A stretch of 64,000 bases of DNA from Bradymonadia bacterium (GTDB lineage Bacteria; Myxococcota_A; Bradymonadia; UBA7976; UBA1532), in the NCBI GenBank assembly GCA_046290225.1, contig JBKAGE010000073.1:1-64000 (forward strand), written 5' to 3'. How positions within the stretch are numbered: the first letter of the stretch is position 1; every line of letters begins with the position of its first letter. The notes under the pieces were generated by a model. It saw only the letters and a program-made list of their open reading frames with translations, did not search any database and was not told the origin of the DNA. The translations under genes were made by a program, and so were the position numbers. Below, in pieces: positions 40,766-50,530 of the stretch.

Positions 40766-40829
40766 GAAACAGCTCCAGGTGACCTCTGTGTTTTAACTGA
40801 ACATTGATCCAGTATCAAGTCTGGCCCCT

Positions 40830-42371
40830 TCAACCCACCTGACCTGTGGTGCCCGATCGGCGGGCGTCGCCGGCGCCGCTGAGGACCGGGCCGTGATCTC
40901 CAGGACGCCATCCGGCCATGTGCAGACCGCCGAAGAACAACCCTGGCTCGTCGAAGACGATGACCCGCTCGAACTGCCCCTGGAGCGGCTCAAGGAACCC
41001 TGTCGGGCGTTGGGCTGCCTCCACCCTGAGTACGCCGCCTTCATAGTGACATCGAGGGCCGGCGACGATCTGATCTTCAGGCCATTTGTGGTCCACCGCA
41101 TAGACGACACCGTGCAGCAGGGCAGAGCGGATCCGGCTTGAGCCCCCTGAGCCCATGACATGGATCCCGCCGTCGTGGGCGAGGAGCGTGGGGCAACACA
41201 TGGTGAGCAGTCGCGCCCCTGGTGGTCGTAGAGGGCCTGAGGGGCCGACGGGGTTGACGTCCGTTTCACCGAGGAAGTTGTTGAGGATCAACCCTGTCTC
41301 GGGGACGAGCATGCCCGCGGTCTCGCCGAGCGAGCTGGTGATGGCCACTGCGTTGCCGTCGCCATCGGTGACCGAGACGTGGGTGGTGTGCCCGGAGCCG
41401 TGCGTGGACATCGGGTCGGACTCGGCGAGCCAGCCCTCGATGAAGCCAGACTCGAACATGCGCTGTACCCACTCGCCACCACGGGCGATCTCGGTTTGCA
41501 CCATGGCGGCGGCGAGCTGAGCGACGTGCTCCCCGGTGAGAGGTGCTTGTACCGGCCCTGCTGCCTGCAAGTGGCTCAGCGTGCGCAACACCAGCGCGCC
41601 GGCCTGGCTGGGGGGTCCGGGTACATAGACGTCAGCCCCTTTGTACCGACCCACCAGCGGTCGACGCCAGATGGGGGTATATCCGGCGAGATCCTGAGCG
41701 GTCATGCGCCCCTCGCCGTCGAGCCGCCGGAGCATTGCTTCGGCGCCATCGCCCACGGTGAGGAAGTCGGGCCCTTCGATGGCGAGCCGTTCGAGGGTGT
41801 CGGCGAGGGCGCGCTGGAAGATGCGATCACCGGCCCGAGCGTGGCCGCCGTCTGGGCCAGAGAAGATGGCCTCCAGCTTCGGGTCTGCTTGGATGATGGG
41901 CCACAGCAGGCTGATGGAGAGCTCGAGGCCCGGCGTGACCGTGACGCCTGCGCGGGCCGCCTCGGCGGCGGGCTTCACCAGCGCCGCCAGGGGTACCCGA
42001 CCATAGGACTGATGCAGTGTCCAGAGACCTTGAGCGAGGGCAGGCACCGCCACAGAGCCCGGGCCATAGAAGAACCGTTGGGTGTCAGGGCCGAAGTCCA
42101 GGTCGATGGCCGCCATGTCCGCAGGGGTGTCGAGGGCGTGCCCCCGGCCAGGGACGTCGCTGAAGCAGTCGAGGATGCGGACCTCGCCGTCGATGCGACA
42201 CAGGATCAAGCCGCCCCCGGCGAGGCCTGTGAGCAGTGGCTCGCAGACGGTGGCCATCAGCTTGGCGGCGACGGCGGCGTCGACGGCGTTCCCGCCGAGG
42301 CGGAGCGCCTGGAGGCCGGCTTCCACGGTGAGGGGGTTGCCCCCGGAGACTGCCCCTGCAGCGCTGGTCAT
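40830..42371 (-). CDS. ggt: Gamma-glutamyltransferase family protein
   Basis: GGNAVDAAVA, TTHVSV autocleavage site, LNNFL and GSGGSSRI. Confidence 0.88.
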   Translation of the reverse strand: MTSAAGAVSGGNPLTVEAGLQALRLGGNAVDAAVAAKLMATVCEPLLTGLAGGGLILCRIDGEVRILDCFSDVPGRGHALDTPADMAAIDLDFGPDTQRFFYGPGSVAVPALAQGLWTLHQSYGRVPLAALVKPAAEAARAGVTVTPGLELSISLLWPIIQADPKLEAIFSGPDGGHARAGDRIFQRALADTLERLAIEGPDFLTVGDGAEAMLRRLDGEGRMTAQDLAGYTPIWRRPLVGRYKGADVYVPGPPSQAGALVLRTLSHLQAAGPVQAPLTGEHVAQLAAAMVQTEIARGGEWVQRMFESGFIEGWLAESDPMSTHGSGHTTHVSVTDGDGNAVAITSSLGETAGMLVPETGLILNNFLGETDVNPVGPSGPLRPPGARLLTMCCPTLLAHDGGIHVMGSGGSSRIRSALLHGVVYAVDHKWPEDQIVAGPRCHYEGGVLRVEAAQRPTGFLEPLQGQFERVIVFDEPGLFFGGLHMAGWRPGDHGPVLSGAGDARRSGTTGQVG

Positions 42372-42431
42372 GACGGGCTCCTCTGAGTCAATTGCTCAGT
42401 TATCGCCCATGCACCCCGAGGGTGCCAGCAT

Positions 42432-44738
42432 TCAGCGGCCTGTGAGGCGGGTGGGCTGCCCGAGGTGCTCTTCGAAGAAGTCCATGATGCGGCTGTATAG
42501 GCGGTCCACCATCTCGGGGTTGGAGACCATGTGAGTGGCCCCCGCCAGGGGCAGGAAGCTGTGGGCGCGGCCGGCATCGAAGAGCGCGCTCGACATCTTC
42601 AGGCCGTGCATGAAGTACACGTTGTCGTCTGCGGTGCCGTGGGTGATGAGCAAGGGCACTTTGAGATCTTTGGCGTAGGTGAGCACCGAACTTTTGTCGT
42701 AGATCGCCTTGCCTGCGTCGGTGTCGGGCACCCCGATGTAGCGCTCGGTGTAGTGGGTGTCGTAGTCCCGCCAGTCCGCCACTGGGGCACCCGCTACGCC
42801 CGCAGCATAGACATCGGGGCGGCGCATGGTGGCCATGGCGGAGAAGTATCCACCAAAAGACCACCCGAAGATGCCCACCCGCTCTGGATCCATCTCAGGG
42901 AAGCGTGCCAGCAGGGCTTTCACACCCTCTGCCTGATCGTGCAGGGGCACGGTGATGAAGTCGTCGACGATGGCGCGCTCCCAGTCCCGGCCGCGGTGAG
43001 GCGTACCTCGGCCGTCCATGCGCACCACGACGAAGCCGTGGTCGGCAAACCACTGGGTGAGCAGGTAGCTGTTGCGCGACTTGAGGGTCACCTGGGCGTG
43101 AGGCCCGGCATACACATACACGATGACTGGGTACTGCTTCTTCGGATCGAAATCACGAGGGCGCTGAATCGCCCCCTTGATCTTGCCCGCCTGGGGGATC
43201 TCGATGTCGACGAAGTCGATGTTGAGATCGAAGGCAGGCTTCTCCGCGGCGATCTTGAGTTGACCGCGCTCGGCGCCGAGGGCACCGAAGACCGGATATT
43301 GAGGATCTGCATCGATGGAGGCGTGACTCATCACTCGAAAGCCGTTACGGCTGAAGACCGCCTCGTGTACGCCCGGCGCCGTGGTGAGGGCTTCGGGGCT
43401 ACCCCCCTCCAGGGCTACGCGGAAGAGGTGCTGCTCAGTAGGATCATCACCACCATACACATAGACCTGCGGGGGTTTGGCGGCTGCAGGCTTCATCTCG
43501 AGGCGGGCAAAGCCCATGTAGTTGAAGCCCTTGGGCGTGACGGCGTGCTTCAGGCTGCCGTCGGCGTTGCGCACCTCGAGCTGCCAGCTGCCACTCCGCT
43601 CCGAGGCCCACAAGAAGCCCGAGCCGTCAGGCAACCAGTGGGGCATGGTCTGATCGAGGTTGAGCCACGCGTTGTCGGTCTCGGTGTGGATCGCTTTCGT
43701 CTCACCAGTCTTTGGATCGGCAGTGAGCACGACCAGCTCACGCTGGCGTCGATCCTGGACCACCAGAGTGAGTGGGGCCTTGCGGGGCCAGCGGACTGTG
43801 TTCAGGTAGGGGTACTTCGTACGATCCCACTTGATCTCCACCGGCGCCGCGCCTTCTGCCCCGAGGGGCTGCACGAAGAGCTGCACGTCGGCGTTCTTGC
43901 CGCCAGGTCGTGGATAGGGCCACTTCTGAGGGGCCTTCGACGGATCTGAGGGATCCGCGATCTGGAAGATCTCCATCCCTGCGGTGTCGGTCCGCTGGTA
44001 GACGATGGACTGGCTGTCGGGGGACCACCAGTAGCCCTCGTAGCGAGCCATCTCTTCCTGGGCTACGAACTCTGCAGCGCCATAGCTCACGGTGTCGTCG
44101 GGCCCCTTGCGGGTGGTGAGGCGACGCTCCGGCGCCGAGCCGTCGATGGGCATCACGTACAGATCACCCCCACGGACGGCGGCGAGCTGCTTGCCATCGG
44201 GGCTGAGGCGCGGATCGATGGGGAACCCGGCCTCGCTCTTGAGCTCGGTCACCTTGCCCGATGCGCGCTCCACCATGAACAGCCGCCCCGACAAAGGCAC
44301 AATGATGGACTTGCCGTCAGCGGTGAGGGTGAAGCTGGTGATGCCCCGAGCGGCGAGGCGCATACGCTCCCGGCGGGCTTTCTCCTCGTCGGTGAGGTTC
44401 TCTTCCGCGCCGCCGAGGATCTGTTCTGCCGTGAGCAGCACCCGCTCCTTGCCCGTCGCGGTATCGAAGGCATAGAGGTTGCCCACGAAGCTCCGCGGCC
44501 CGCTGCGCAGGAACAACACCTCTTCCCCATTGGGGGTGAGGGTGATGGCTCGAGGCAAGCCCATGCGATAGCGATAAGTGGCGGCGTACGCCTTGAGGAA
44601 CCCGGGGTCCGCGATGGAGTCATTGCCAGGGGCGGTGGTCACGGGCGTTTTCTCCTGTGGCGTGGGGCCGCCACCACAGGCAGTGAAGGCGGCGAGGGGC
44701 AGCGCACACAGCGCTGCGGTCTGCAGGGCACGAAACAT
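42432..44738 (-). CDS. S9 family dipeptidyl peptidase IV-like lipoprotein
   Basis: Lipobox FTA-C, FVAQEEM, GWSFGG, HGTADDNV and catalytic His. Confidence 0.92.
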   Translation of the reverse strand: MFRALQTAALCALPLAAFTACGGGPTPQEKTPVTTAPGNDSIADPGFLKAYAATYRYRMGLPRAITLTPNGEEVLFLRSGPRSFVGNLYAFDTATGKERVLLTAEQILGGAEENLTDEEKARRERMRLAARGITSFTLTADGKSIIVPLSGRLFMVERASGKVTELKSEAGFPIDPRLSPDGKQLAAVRGGDLYVMPIDGSAPERRLTTRKGPDDTVSYGAAEFVAQEEMARYEGYWWSPDSQSIVYQRTDTAGMEIFQIADPSDPSKAPQKWPYPRPGGKNADVQLFVQPLGAEGAAPVEIKWDRTKYPYLNTVRWPRKAPLTLVVQDRRQRELVVLTADPKTGETKAIHTETDNAWLNLDQTMPHWLPDGSGFLWASERSGSWQLEVRNADGSLKHAVTPKGFNYMGFARLEMKPAAAKPPQVYVYGGDDPTEQHLFRVALEGGSPEALTTAPGVHEAVFSRNGFRVMSHASIDADPQYPVFGALGAERGQLKIAAEKPAFDLNIDFVDIEIPQAGKIKGAIQRPRDFDPKKQYPVIVYVYAGPHAQVTLKSRNSYLLTQWFADHGFVVVRMDGRGTPHRGRDWERAIVDDFITVPLHDQAEGVKALLARFPEMDPERVGIFGWSFGGYFSAMATMRRPDVYAAGVAGAPVADWRDYDTHYTERYIGVPDTDAGKAIYDKSSVLTYAKDLKVPLLITHGTADDNVYFMHGLKMSSALFDAGRAHSFLPLAGATHMVSNPEMVDRLYSRIMDFFEEHLGQPTRLTGR

Positions 44739-44815
44739 CGAAGGCTCCAGCAAGGCATGGGTCGAGAGCGGTGGTGTACCATGGCCGGACCGGGCTGTCA
44801 GGGGAGGTGAAGCCA

Positions 44816-46018
44816 ATGCCTGCGATACACGATGTCTGGGGCCGAAAGGTGGTGCGACTGCCTGATCGCGGGGTCTTGCTCTACGCCACGGATCTACAGG
44901 GCAACCGCCGTGATTACGAGCGGATGAAGGCCATCTATGACGCCGAAGTGTATCTGGGCAACGACCCGATCCTCGTCTTCTGTGGTGACATGGTCCACGG
45001 GCCTTCTCCCGATCTCAACGCACCCGGCGCATGGCCTGAGCATCTGGGCACGCCCTATGTTGACGAGTCTGCGGCGCTCATTTGCGACTACGAGGTCTGG
45101 CGGCGTACCCACCGAACTTTCTCGCTGCTGGGCAACCACGAGCACGCCCACATCGGCGGCCCCGTGGTGCCCAAGTTCTACCCCGATGAAGCAGCGGTGC
45201 TCGATGAGGCCCTGGGCGCTGAACGTGCACGTCTACATGCCTTCTTTCGCGACTTCCCACTCATTGCTGTGGCGCCCAATGGGCTGGTGCTCACCCATGG
45301 GGCCCCTTACATGGCACCACCTTCACTGAGTGCCTATGAACGCATGGACTATGCCGGCTACAAGCACGTGAGCATCAACGAGATGTATCGTCACGACCCG
45401 CTGGCATCGATCTTGTGGGCCCGGGGGGCTTCAGAGGCCCAAGCGCAGAGATTCCTCGACAAGGTGGGTGGCACCCTGGTTGCCCATGGACACGATGTTG
45501 TGCATGAGGGATACGAGACGACCGGCGATGAACAGATCTGTCTGTCGACGAGCTACGGGCTGAGAGATGCAGACAAGGTGTATCTTCGGGTGGACCTGTC
45601 GGAGCCTTGTCCTCATGCCACTGAACTCTGGCGTGAGGGGTGTATCAGGTACCTCTACAGCATCAATGACCCGAGCCTCCCGTTGACGCGGCCACGACAG
45701 GTAGAGGCAGGGGCGCTGATCTCAGGCTACGAAGACGGCTTCTACACTCGCGGGGAAGTCCTTGGGCACCTGCCACAAATACTCTTCAGCTGCACAGAGG
45801 CAGACCTCATCGACCTCTGGCACAGCCTGCCCGAACTCTGGGCCGAAGAGCTGCGAACCATCTGGAGAGACTTCGACGCATCAAAAATGCCATCATCAGA
45901 GCCTTCCTGGGGTCTCACTGGATGCAAGGGCAATCCGCATAGAGGCCATCGGGAGATGTGTCGTACCAAAACGCTGCTTCAGAAGCATGGTCTACTATTC
46001 GCTGAGCAGCCCCGCTGA
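44816..46018 (+). CDS. Calcineurin-like metallophosphoesterase with C-terminal extension
   Basis: TDLQG, GDMVHG, GNHE, THG and HGHD motifs. Confidence 0.8.
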   Translation: MPAIHDVWGRKVVRLPDRGVLLYATDLQGNRRDYERMKAIYDAEVYLGNDPILVFCGDMVHGPSPDLNAPGAWPEHLGTPYVDESAALICDYEVWRRTHRTFSLLGNHEHAHIGGPVVPKFYPDEAAVLDEALGAERARLHAFFRDFPLIAVAPNGLVLTHGAPYMAPPSLSAYERMDYAGYKHVSINEMYRHDPLASILWARGASEAQAQRFLDKVGGTLVAHGHDVVHEGYETTGDEQICLSTSYGLRDADKVYLRVDLSEPCPHATELWREGCIRYLYSINDPSLPLTRPRQVEAGALISGYEDGFYTRGEVLGHLPQILFSCTEADLIDLWHSLPELWAEELRTIWRDFDASKMPSSEPSWGLTGCKGNPHRGHREMCRTKTLLQKHGLLFAEQPR

Positions 46019-46040
46019 GGAGTGAGTCAAGCAGCTTGCC

Positions 46041-46976
46041 TTAGATGCTCAACACCTCGGCGGGGGTCTGGGCGGTCAACAGGCGCTCCAATGCGCGATC
46101 GAGCGTGTCGATGTCGGCGGCCTCAATGTGTGCTCGATGTGATTCGGACACGTCGCCAAACTTCAGGGTCATAAGCTTCGTGAGGTCATCTCGTTTGGCC
46201 TTGAGTTGCCCTTGCACCTCACCCCAGAGCCTACCTCGAGCTTCGCCCTTTACCTCACCTTCGGCCATCGCTTTGGCCCTACTCTCGGCGATGAGTGTCC
46301 TGAACTCTTCTGATTGCCACTCGTAGGTGCTGAGATCAATGTCGCGGAACATGTGTGAAAATGCCTCCTTCCCCGCTGCGTTGAGACGCGCGAGTACCAA
46401 ATCAGTGTAGAGCGTGATTTTATCTGAGTCGAGCGACTGCAGCGCCAACGCGGCGGCTGGCGCAACGGCTTCTGCGTGTGGACCACGGCCGTGTGCGATG
46501 ACCGAGAGGATGGCCATCTCCGGGTTGTCTTGAGCCCACTCCAAGTTGTTGATCGCTGGGATCTCCTCTGGCCCGAACACCGTGGGTGTGAAGGTGTTGC
46601 CTCCACCGAGGTCGATGGTTTGTCGAGCCCATTGCGCAACATTGGAATATGGGGTGATCACCAACACGACTGACGGACAACGTCTCTTGAAGCGAGCGCT
46701 CGCGGCATAGCCGGGCCAGCTGAACTGTTTGCCAGAGTCGATGTGCAGTTGAACCTCGATGATGAGGGCCATTTGCACCTGGCCCGCCAACATCAACAAC
46801 GTCATCTCATCTGCATCGTAGGCTGCAGTGGTCTCCTGAGCCAGGTTGACCTTGCCCCCGGAGATGGCGTCGTGCACGGGCAGGGCGAGCTGGCCTGAGC
46901 CCTCCAGAAGCTCTGCGGCCAGCTGGGGGCGCTCGGTGAACAATGAGACGATGGCTTCGTGCAACACACTGGGCAT
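46041..46976 (-). CDS. Rpn-like / PD-(D/E)XK-fold protein with DUF4351-like tail
   Basis: MPSVLHE start, ADx...IEVQL...K..SWP.Y, GEAxG repeats and LKFG tail. Confidence 0.7.
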   Translation of the reverse strand: MPSVLHEAIVSLFTERPQLAAELLEGSGQLALPVHDAISGGKVNLAQETTAAYDADEMTLLMLAGQVQMALIIEVQLHIDSGKQFSWPGYAASARFKRRCPSVVLVITPYSNVAQWARQTIDLGGGNTFTPTVFGPEEIPAINNLEWAQDNPEMAILSVIAHGRGPHAEAVAPAAALALQSLDSDKITLYTDLVLARLNAAGKEAFSHMFRDIDLSTYEWQSEEFRTLIAESRAKAMAEGEVKGEARGRLWGEVQGQLKAKRDDLTKLMTLKFGDVSESHRAHIEAADIDTLDRALERLLTAQTPAEVLSI

Positions 46977-47053
46977 CCCTCCTCCTGTGATGGGTGTGTA
47001 CGTCAACACACACCGGAGGTGCTGGAAGGATTCCCTCAAACTGAGAGATGGGC

Positions 47054-48007
47054 TCAGAGTTTGCGCAGATCGACCTGGTGGATGCCGTGATCCAGGCCCT
47101 TGTAGAGGATCAGGTCAGCGCGCAGACGTGTCGGTGCGATGTTCGCCCGCAGGTTCACGAGGTTCACCGTGTCCCAGACGTGCTCTGCAAAGGCACGAGC
47201 GTCGGTGGCCGACATCTTCGAGAAGCGGTGGAAGTAGGCCGAGGGATCCTTGAAGGCCGTCTGGCGCAGCCTGAAGAAACGCTCCACGTACCACTGCTTC
47301 AGCTCGGGCTCGTCGGCGTGCAGGTAGATCGAGAAGTCGAAGAAGTCGGAGACGAAGACCACCGGGTCGCCATCAGCGGTGGCCCTGCCCGTCTGCAACA
47401 CGTTGAGGCCCTCGACGATCAGGATGTCGGGCTGGCACACCTCGGTGAACTGGTCGGGCACGATGTCATAGACATTGTGAGAGTACACCGGCGCCGCCAC
47501 CCGAGGCTCACCGGCCTTGATCGCCGAGAGGAACCGCAGCAGCGCCGGGAGATCGTAGCTCTCCGGGAAGCCCTTGCGGTGCATGATGCCTTTGGTCTTG
47601 AGCGTAGCGTTGGGCAGCAGGAAGCCGTCCGTGGTGACCAAGTCGACCTTGGGGTGACCGGGCCACCGGGCCAGCAGCGCCTTGAGCAGACGGGCGGTGG
47701 TACTCTTGCCTGCGCTCACGCTGCCGGCGAGGCCGATGATGTAGGGCACCTTGGGCTGGTTGCCGCTGAGGAACTGCGAGGTGGCCTGATACAGCTTCTG
47801 GGTGGCCTCGACATGGAAGTTGAGCAGGCGGGAGAGAGGCAGATAGATCTGCTCGACTTCCTCGACGTCGACCCGCTCGTTGAGCCCCTGCAAGGCCTCG
47901 ATCTCTGACGAGTCGAGGGTCATTGGGGTGTTGGCTCGCAGAGCTGCCCATGCCACCTTGTCGAAGGTGAGGTAAGGTGACGGGCCGTGGCGAGAGGGTA
48001 GATTCAT
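47054..48007 (-). CDS. coaA: Type I pantothenate kinase
   Basis: [36 protein letters not shown] and WYVERF. Confidence 0.95.
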   Translation of the reverse strand: MNLPSRHGPSPYLTFDKVAWAALRANTPMTLDSSEIEALQGLNERVDVEEVEQIYLPLSRLLNFHVEATQKLYQATSQFLSGNQPKVPYIIGLAGSVSAGKSTTARLLKALLARWPGHPKVDLVTTDGFLLPNATLKTKGIMHRKGFPESYDLPALLRFLSAIKAGEPRVAAPVYSHNVYDIVPDQFTEVCQPDILIVEGLNVLQTGRATADGDPVVFVSDFFDFSIYLHADEPELKQWYVERFFRLRQTAFKDPSAYFHRFSKMSATDARAFAEHVWDTVNLVNLRANIAPTRLRADLILYKGLDHGIHQVDLRKL

Positions 48008-48085
48008 GACACTGCCGAAATGGCGTGAGTGACAGGTCGGTGTCAACGTAAATCAGCTGAGAGGACTTCTGACGGGCCTGGGAAA

Positions 48086-48484
48086 ATGAGCGAGCAAGAT
48101 CAAAAGGGGTTCACCGACGAGTTCGGTCGCCCATTGCAACAATTGCCTCCTCAAACAGAAGAGGAGGCTGCAGAGTTCGAACAGCAGGCCATGGAGGATC
48201 AGGGGGCTCAGATGGCATGGCTACAATACCTGCAAGGGCAGCCACAAGGTCACGAGCACGGCATGACCCCCGAGGCCATGGCCGTACATCGCGCTCGGGG
48301 CGGCGGTCAGTCCGAAGAGACCCTCAAGAAAGCCCTGGAAGCCAAGAAGCAGAAGAAGGCAGAAGAGGCCAGGACACCTGTCTCCGTCGTAGAGCGCGAG
48401 CGCTCGGTGGAGGTCGAGGGTCCGGAAGAAGACGATCACGAGCACCACGAAGGCGAAGGTGGTGAAGAGGGCGTGAGCCCGTGA
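48086..48484 (+). CDS. Acidic hypothetical protein
   Basis: Codon pattern consistent with coding. Lies 10 bp upstream of the next gene. Confidence 0.55.
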   Translation: MSEQDQKGFTDEFGRPLQQLPPQTEEEAAEFEQQAMEDQGAQMAWLQYLQGQPQGHEHGMTPEAMAVHRARGGGQSEETLKKALEAKKQKKAEEARTPVSVVERERSVEVEGPEEDDHEHHEGEGGEEGVSP

Positions 48485-48494
48485 GAGAGGTGCC

Positions 48495-48800
48495 ATGCCC
48501 GTCATCTACGAAGTCAACCTGACCATCGACGAGGCCATCGCCGAGGCCTATGGCCAGTGGCTGGGCCACCACATCGACGAGATGCTCGCCATCGAAGGCT
48601 TCGAGCAGGCCACCTGGCTCGAGGTGCACGGGCCGCCCGAAGGCAAGGTGCAGTGGGTGGTCTGCTACACAGTGAGCAGCGCTGAGCACTTGGAGCGATA
48701 CTTCAGCCACTGGGCCCCCAAGATGCGCGGCGATGGCCTGGAGCGATTTGGTGGGCGGTTCACCGCCACACGGCGCGTCATGGGGCTCAAGGGAGGCTGA
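48495..48800 (+). CDS. DUF4286-family protein
   Basis: IYEVNL...WL..HI.EML..EGF...LERY...AP.MR pattern. Confidence 0.75.
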   Translation: MPVIYEVNLTIDEAIAEAYGQWLGHHIDEMLAIEGFEQATWLEVHGPPEGKVQWVVCYTVSSAEHLERYFSHWAPKMRGDGLERFGGRFTATRRVMGLKGG

Positions 48801-49755
48801 AGCGGGCGCGGTAGACCTGGGGCGATACGCCGAAGTGTCGCCTGAAAGCTCGACGCATCACCTCGACACTCTTGAAGCCTGTACGGGTGGCGAGCGTGCT
48901 CAAGGAGAGCTGCGAGCCTTCGAGCTGATTCCTCACCGCCTCGACCCGGCAGCGCTCTACATAGTGAGCGGGCGTGCACTGCAATTGATCCCGAAAGACG
49001 CGGGCGAAGTGTCGTGGGCTCATGGCGGCTCGATGGGCCAGGGCGTCCACGCGCAGGTCGTCGTCCAGGTGGTCTGCGATCCAGTTCTGTACACGAGCGA
49101 GGCGATCGTCATCGGTGAGGGGGGCCTGAAGGTGGCTGCTGAATTGTGATTGCCCGCCGGGGCGACGCAGGAACACCACCAGCTCACGGGCCACGGCCTG
49201 AGCGATGTCGAGGCCGCAGTCCTGCTCCACCATGGCCAGGGCGAGGTCGATGCCCGCGGTGACCCCTGCAGAGGTCCACACGTTGCCGCTGCGTACGAAG
49301 ATGGCTTCGGCGTCGACCTCGATGGCCGGGTGCAGCTCGGCGAGCCGCGCTGCGGACTGCCAGTGGGTGGTGGCGCGGCGACCATCGAGGGCGCCGGCTG
49401 CGGCGAGGTAGAAGGCGCCGGTACACACGCCGGCGAGGCGAGGGCAGGCCATGTGGTGTCGCTCGAGCCATCTGAGCAGGGCCGGATCACATCGATCCCC
49501 CAGGCGATCGATCATACCGGGAACAAAGAGGGTGTGCGCGGGCCATGCATCATCGAGGGCGTGCTCGGCGTGGAGCACGAGCCCCGAGGCTGTTGGGATG
49601 GGCCCTGGTGTGAGCGCCACGCGCTGGAGCGCATAGGTCGGCGTACCATCTCGAGCCGCTGTAAGGGCGCCGGCGAGGGCGAAGACCTCATGGGGCCCGA
49701 CGACGTCGAGGGCCACACAGCCCGGGTACATGACCATGAGCACGCTCAGCGTCAT
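48787..49755 (-). CDS. GlxA-family (DJ-1 + AraC HTH) transcriptional regulator
   Basis: VCTGAF, ATTHW, TSAGVTAGID, RRPGGQSQFS and MSPRHFAR. Confidence 0.92.
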   Translation of the reverse strand: MTLSVLMVMYPGCVALDVVGPHEVFALAGALTAARDGTPTYALQRVALTPGPIPTASGLVLHAEHALDDAWPAHTLFVPGMIDRLGDRCDPALLRWLERHHMACPRLAGVCTGAFYLAAAGALDGRRATTHWQSAARLAELHPAIEVDAEAIFVRSGNVWTSAGVTAGIDLALAMVEQDCGLDIAQAVARELVVFLRRPGGQSQFSSHLQAPLTDDDRLARVQNWIADHLDDDLRVDALAHRAAMSPRHFARVFRDQLQCTPAHYVERCRVEAVRNQLEGSQLSLSTLATRTGFKSVEVMRRAFRRHFGVSPQVYRARFSLP

Positions 49756-50435
49756 GTAAGGCCTCGCGCCACCATGCGGGCGGTCTCCACGCCCTCTCGC
49801 CAGTGTGGGCCCTTGATGGCCATGAGCATCGCTTTGACGTGCTCAGGTGCCGAGTCTGGGTGGCCGGCGTCAAAGGGCGGTGCGGGGGCGTACTCGAGGC
49901 CCAGCTGGATGCCCTGAGCCACCTCGGGGCTGATCAGCTCGGCGACGAGGGTGAGCGCGAAGTCGATGCCTGCTGTGACGCCCCCGCCCGTGAACAGGTG
50001 CTCATCGCGCACGACCCGGCCGGCGACGTGCTCGGCGCCGAAGGCTGCGAGGGCGTCGGTGAAGGCCCAGTGGGTCGTGGCTTTGCGCCCTTTGAGCAGA
50101 CCCGCGGCGCCGAGCAGGAGCGCCCCAGTGCACACCGAGGTGATGGCCTGAGCATTCTGAGCCTGTGCTCTGATGAAGCTCAACAGCGGTGCGTCGGTAA
50201 GCCCTGCGATGGTGCCGTTGCCGCCAGGGATACAGATGACGTCCAGTGGAGGGCAGGACTCGAAGTCCGTGGTGGCCATGATCTGCAGGCCCCCGGTGTC
50301 GGATCGTACGAGGCCTGCCTCCGCAGCGACAAGGTGCACGTGGACGCCTGGCAGGTGGCTGAACACCTCGAAGGGGCCCATGGCGTCGAGTTGGGTGAAG
50401 TCGGGGTAGAGAACAATGCCGATGTGCTCGATCAC
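49752..50435 (-). CDS. DJ-1/PfpI family protein (isonitrile hydratase-like)
   Basis: TQLD..GP.EV, SVCTG, GGGVTAGID and LEYAPAPPFDAG. Confidence 0.9.
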   Translation of the reverse strand: MIEHIGIVLYPDFTQLDAMGPFEVFSHLPGVHVHLVAAEAGLVRSDTGGLQIMATTDFESCPPLDVICIPGGNGTIAGLTDAPLLSFIRAQAQNAQAITSVCTGALLLGAAGLLKGRKATTHWAFTDALAAFGAEHVAGRVVRDEHLFTGGGVTAGIDFALTLVAELISPEVAQGIQLGLEYAPAPPFDAGHPDSAPEHVKAMLMAIKGPHWREGVETARMVARGLT

Positions 50436-50530
50436 GGAGATCTCCTCGTTGAGAGATCTTCACTGTAGAGCACTGGCTGTATGGCAGACAGGACGTTCGG
50501 CCCACGATTTCTGCCTTTGGGCAGAGTGCC

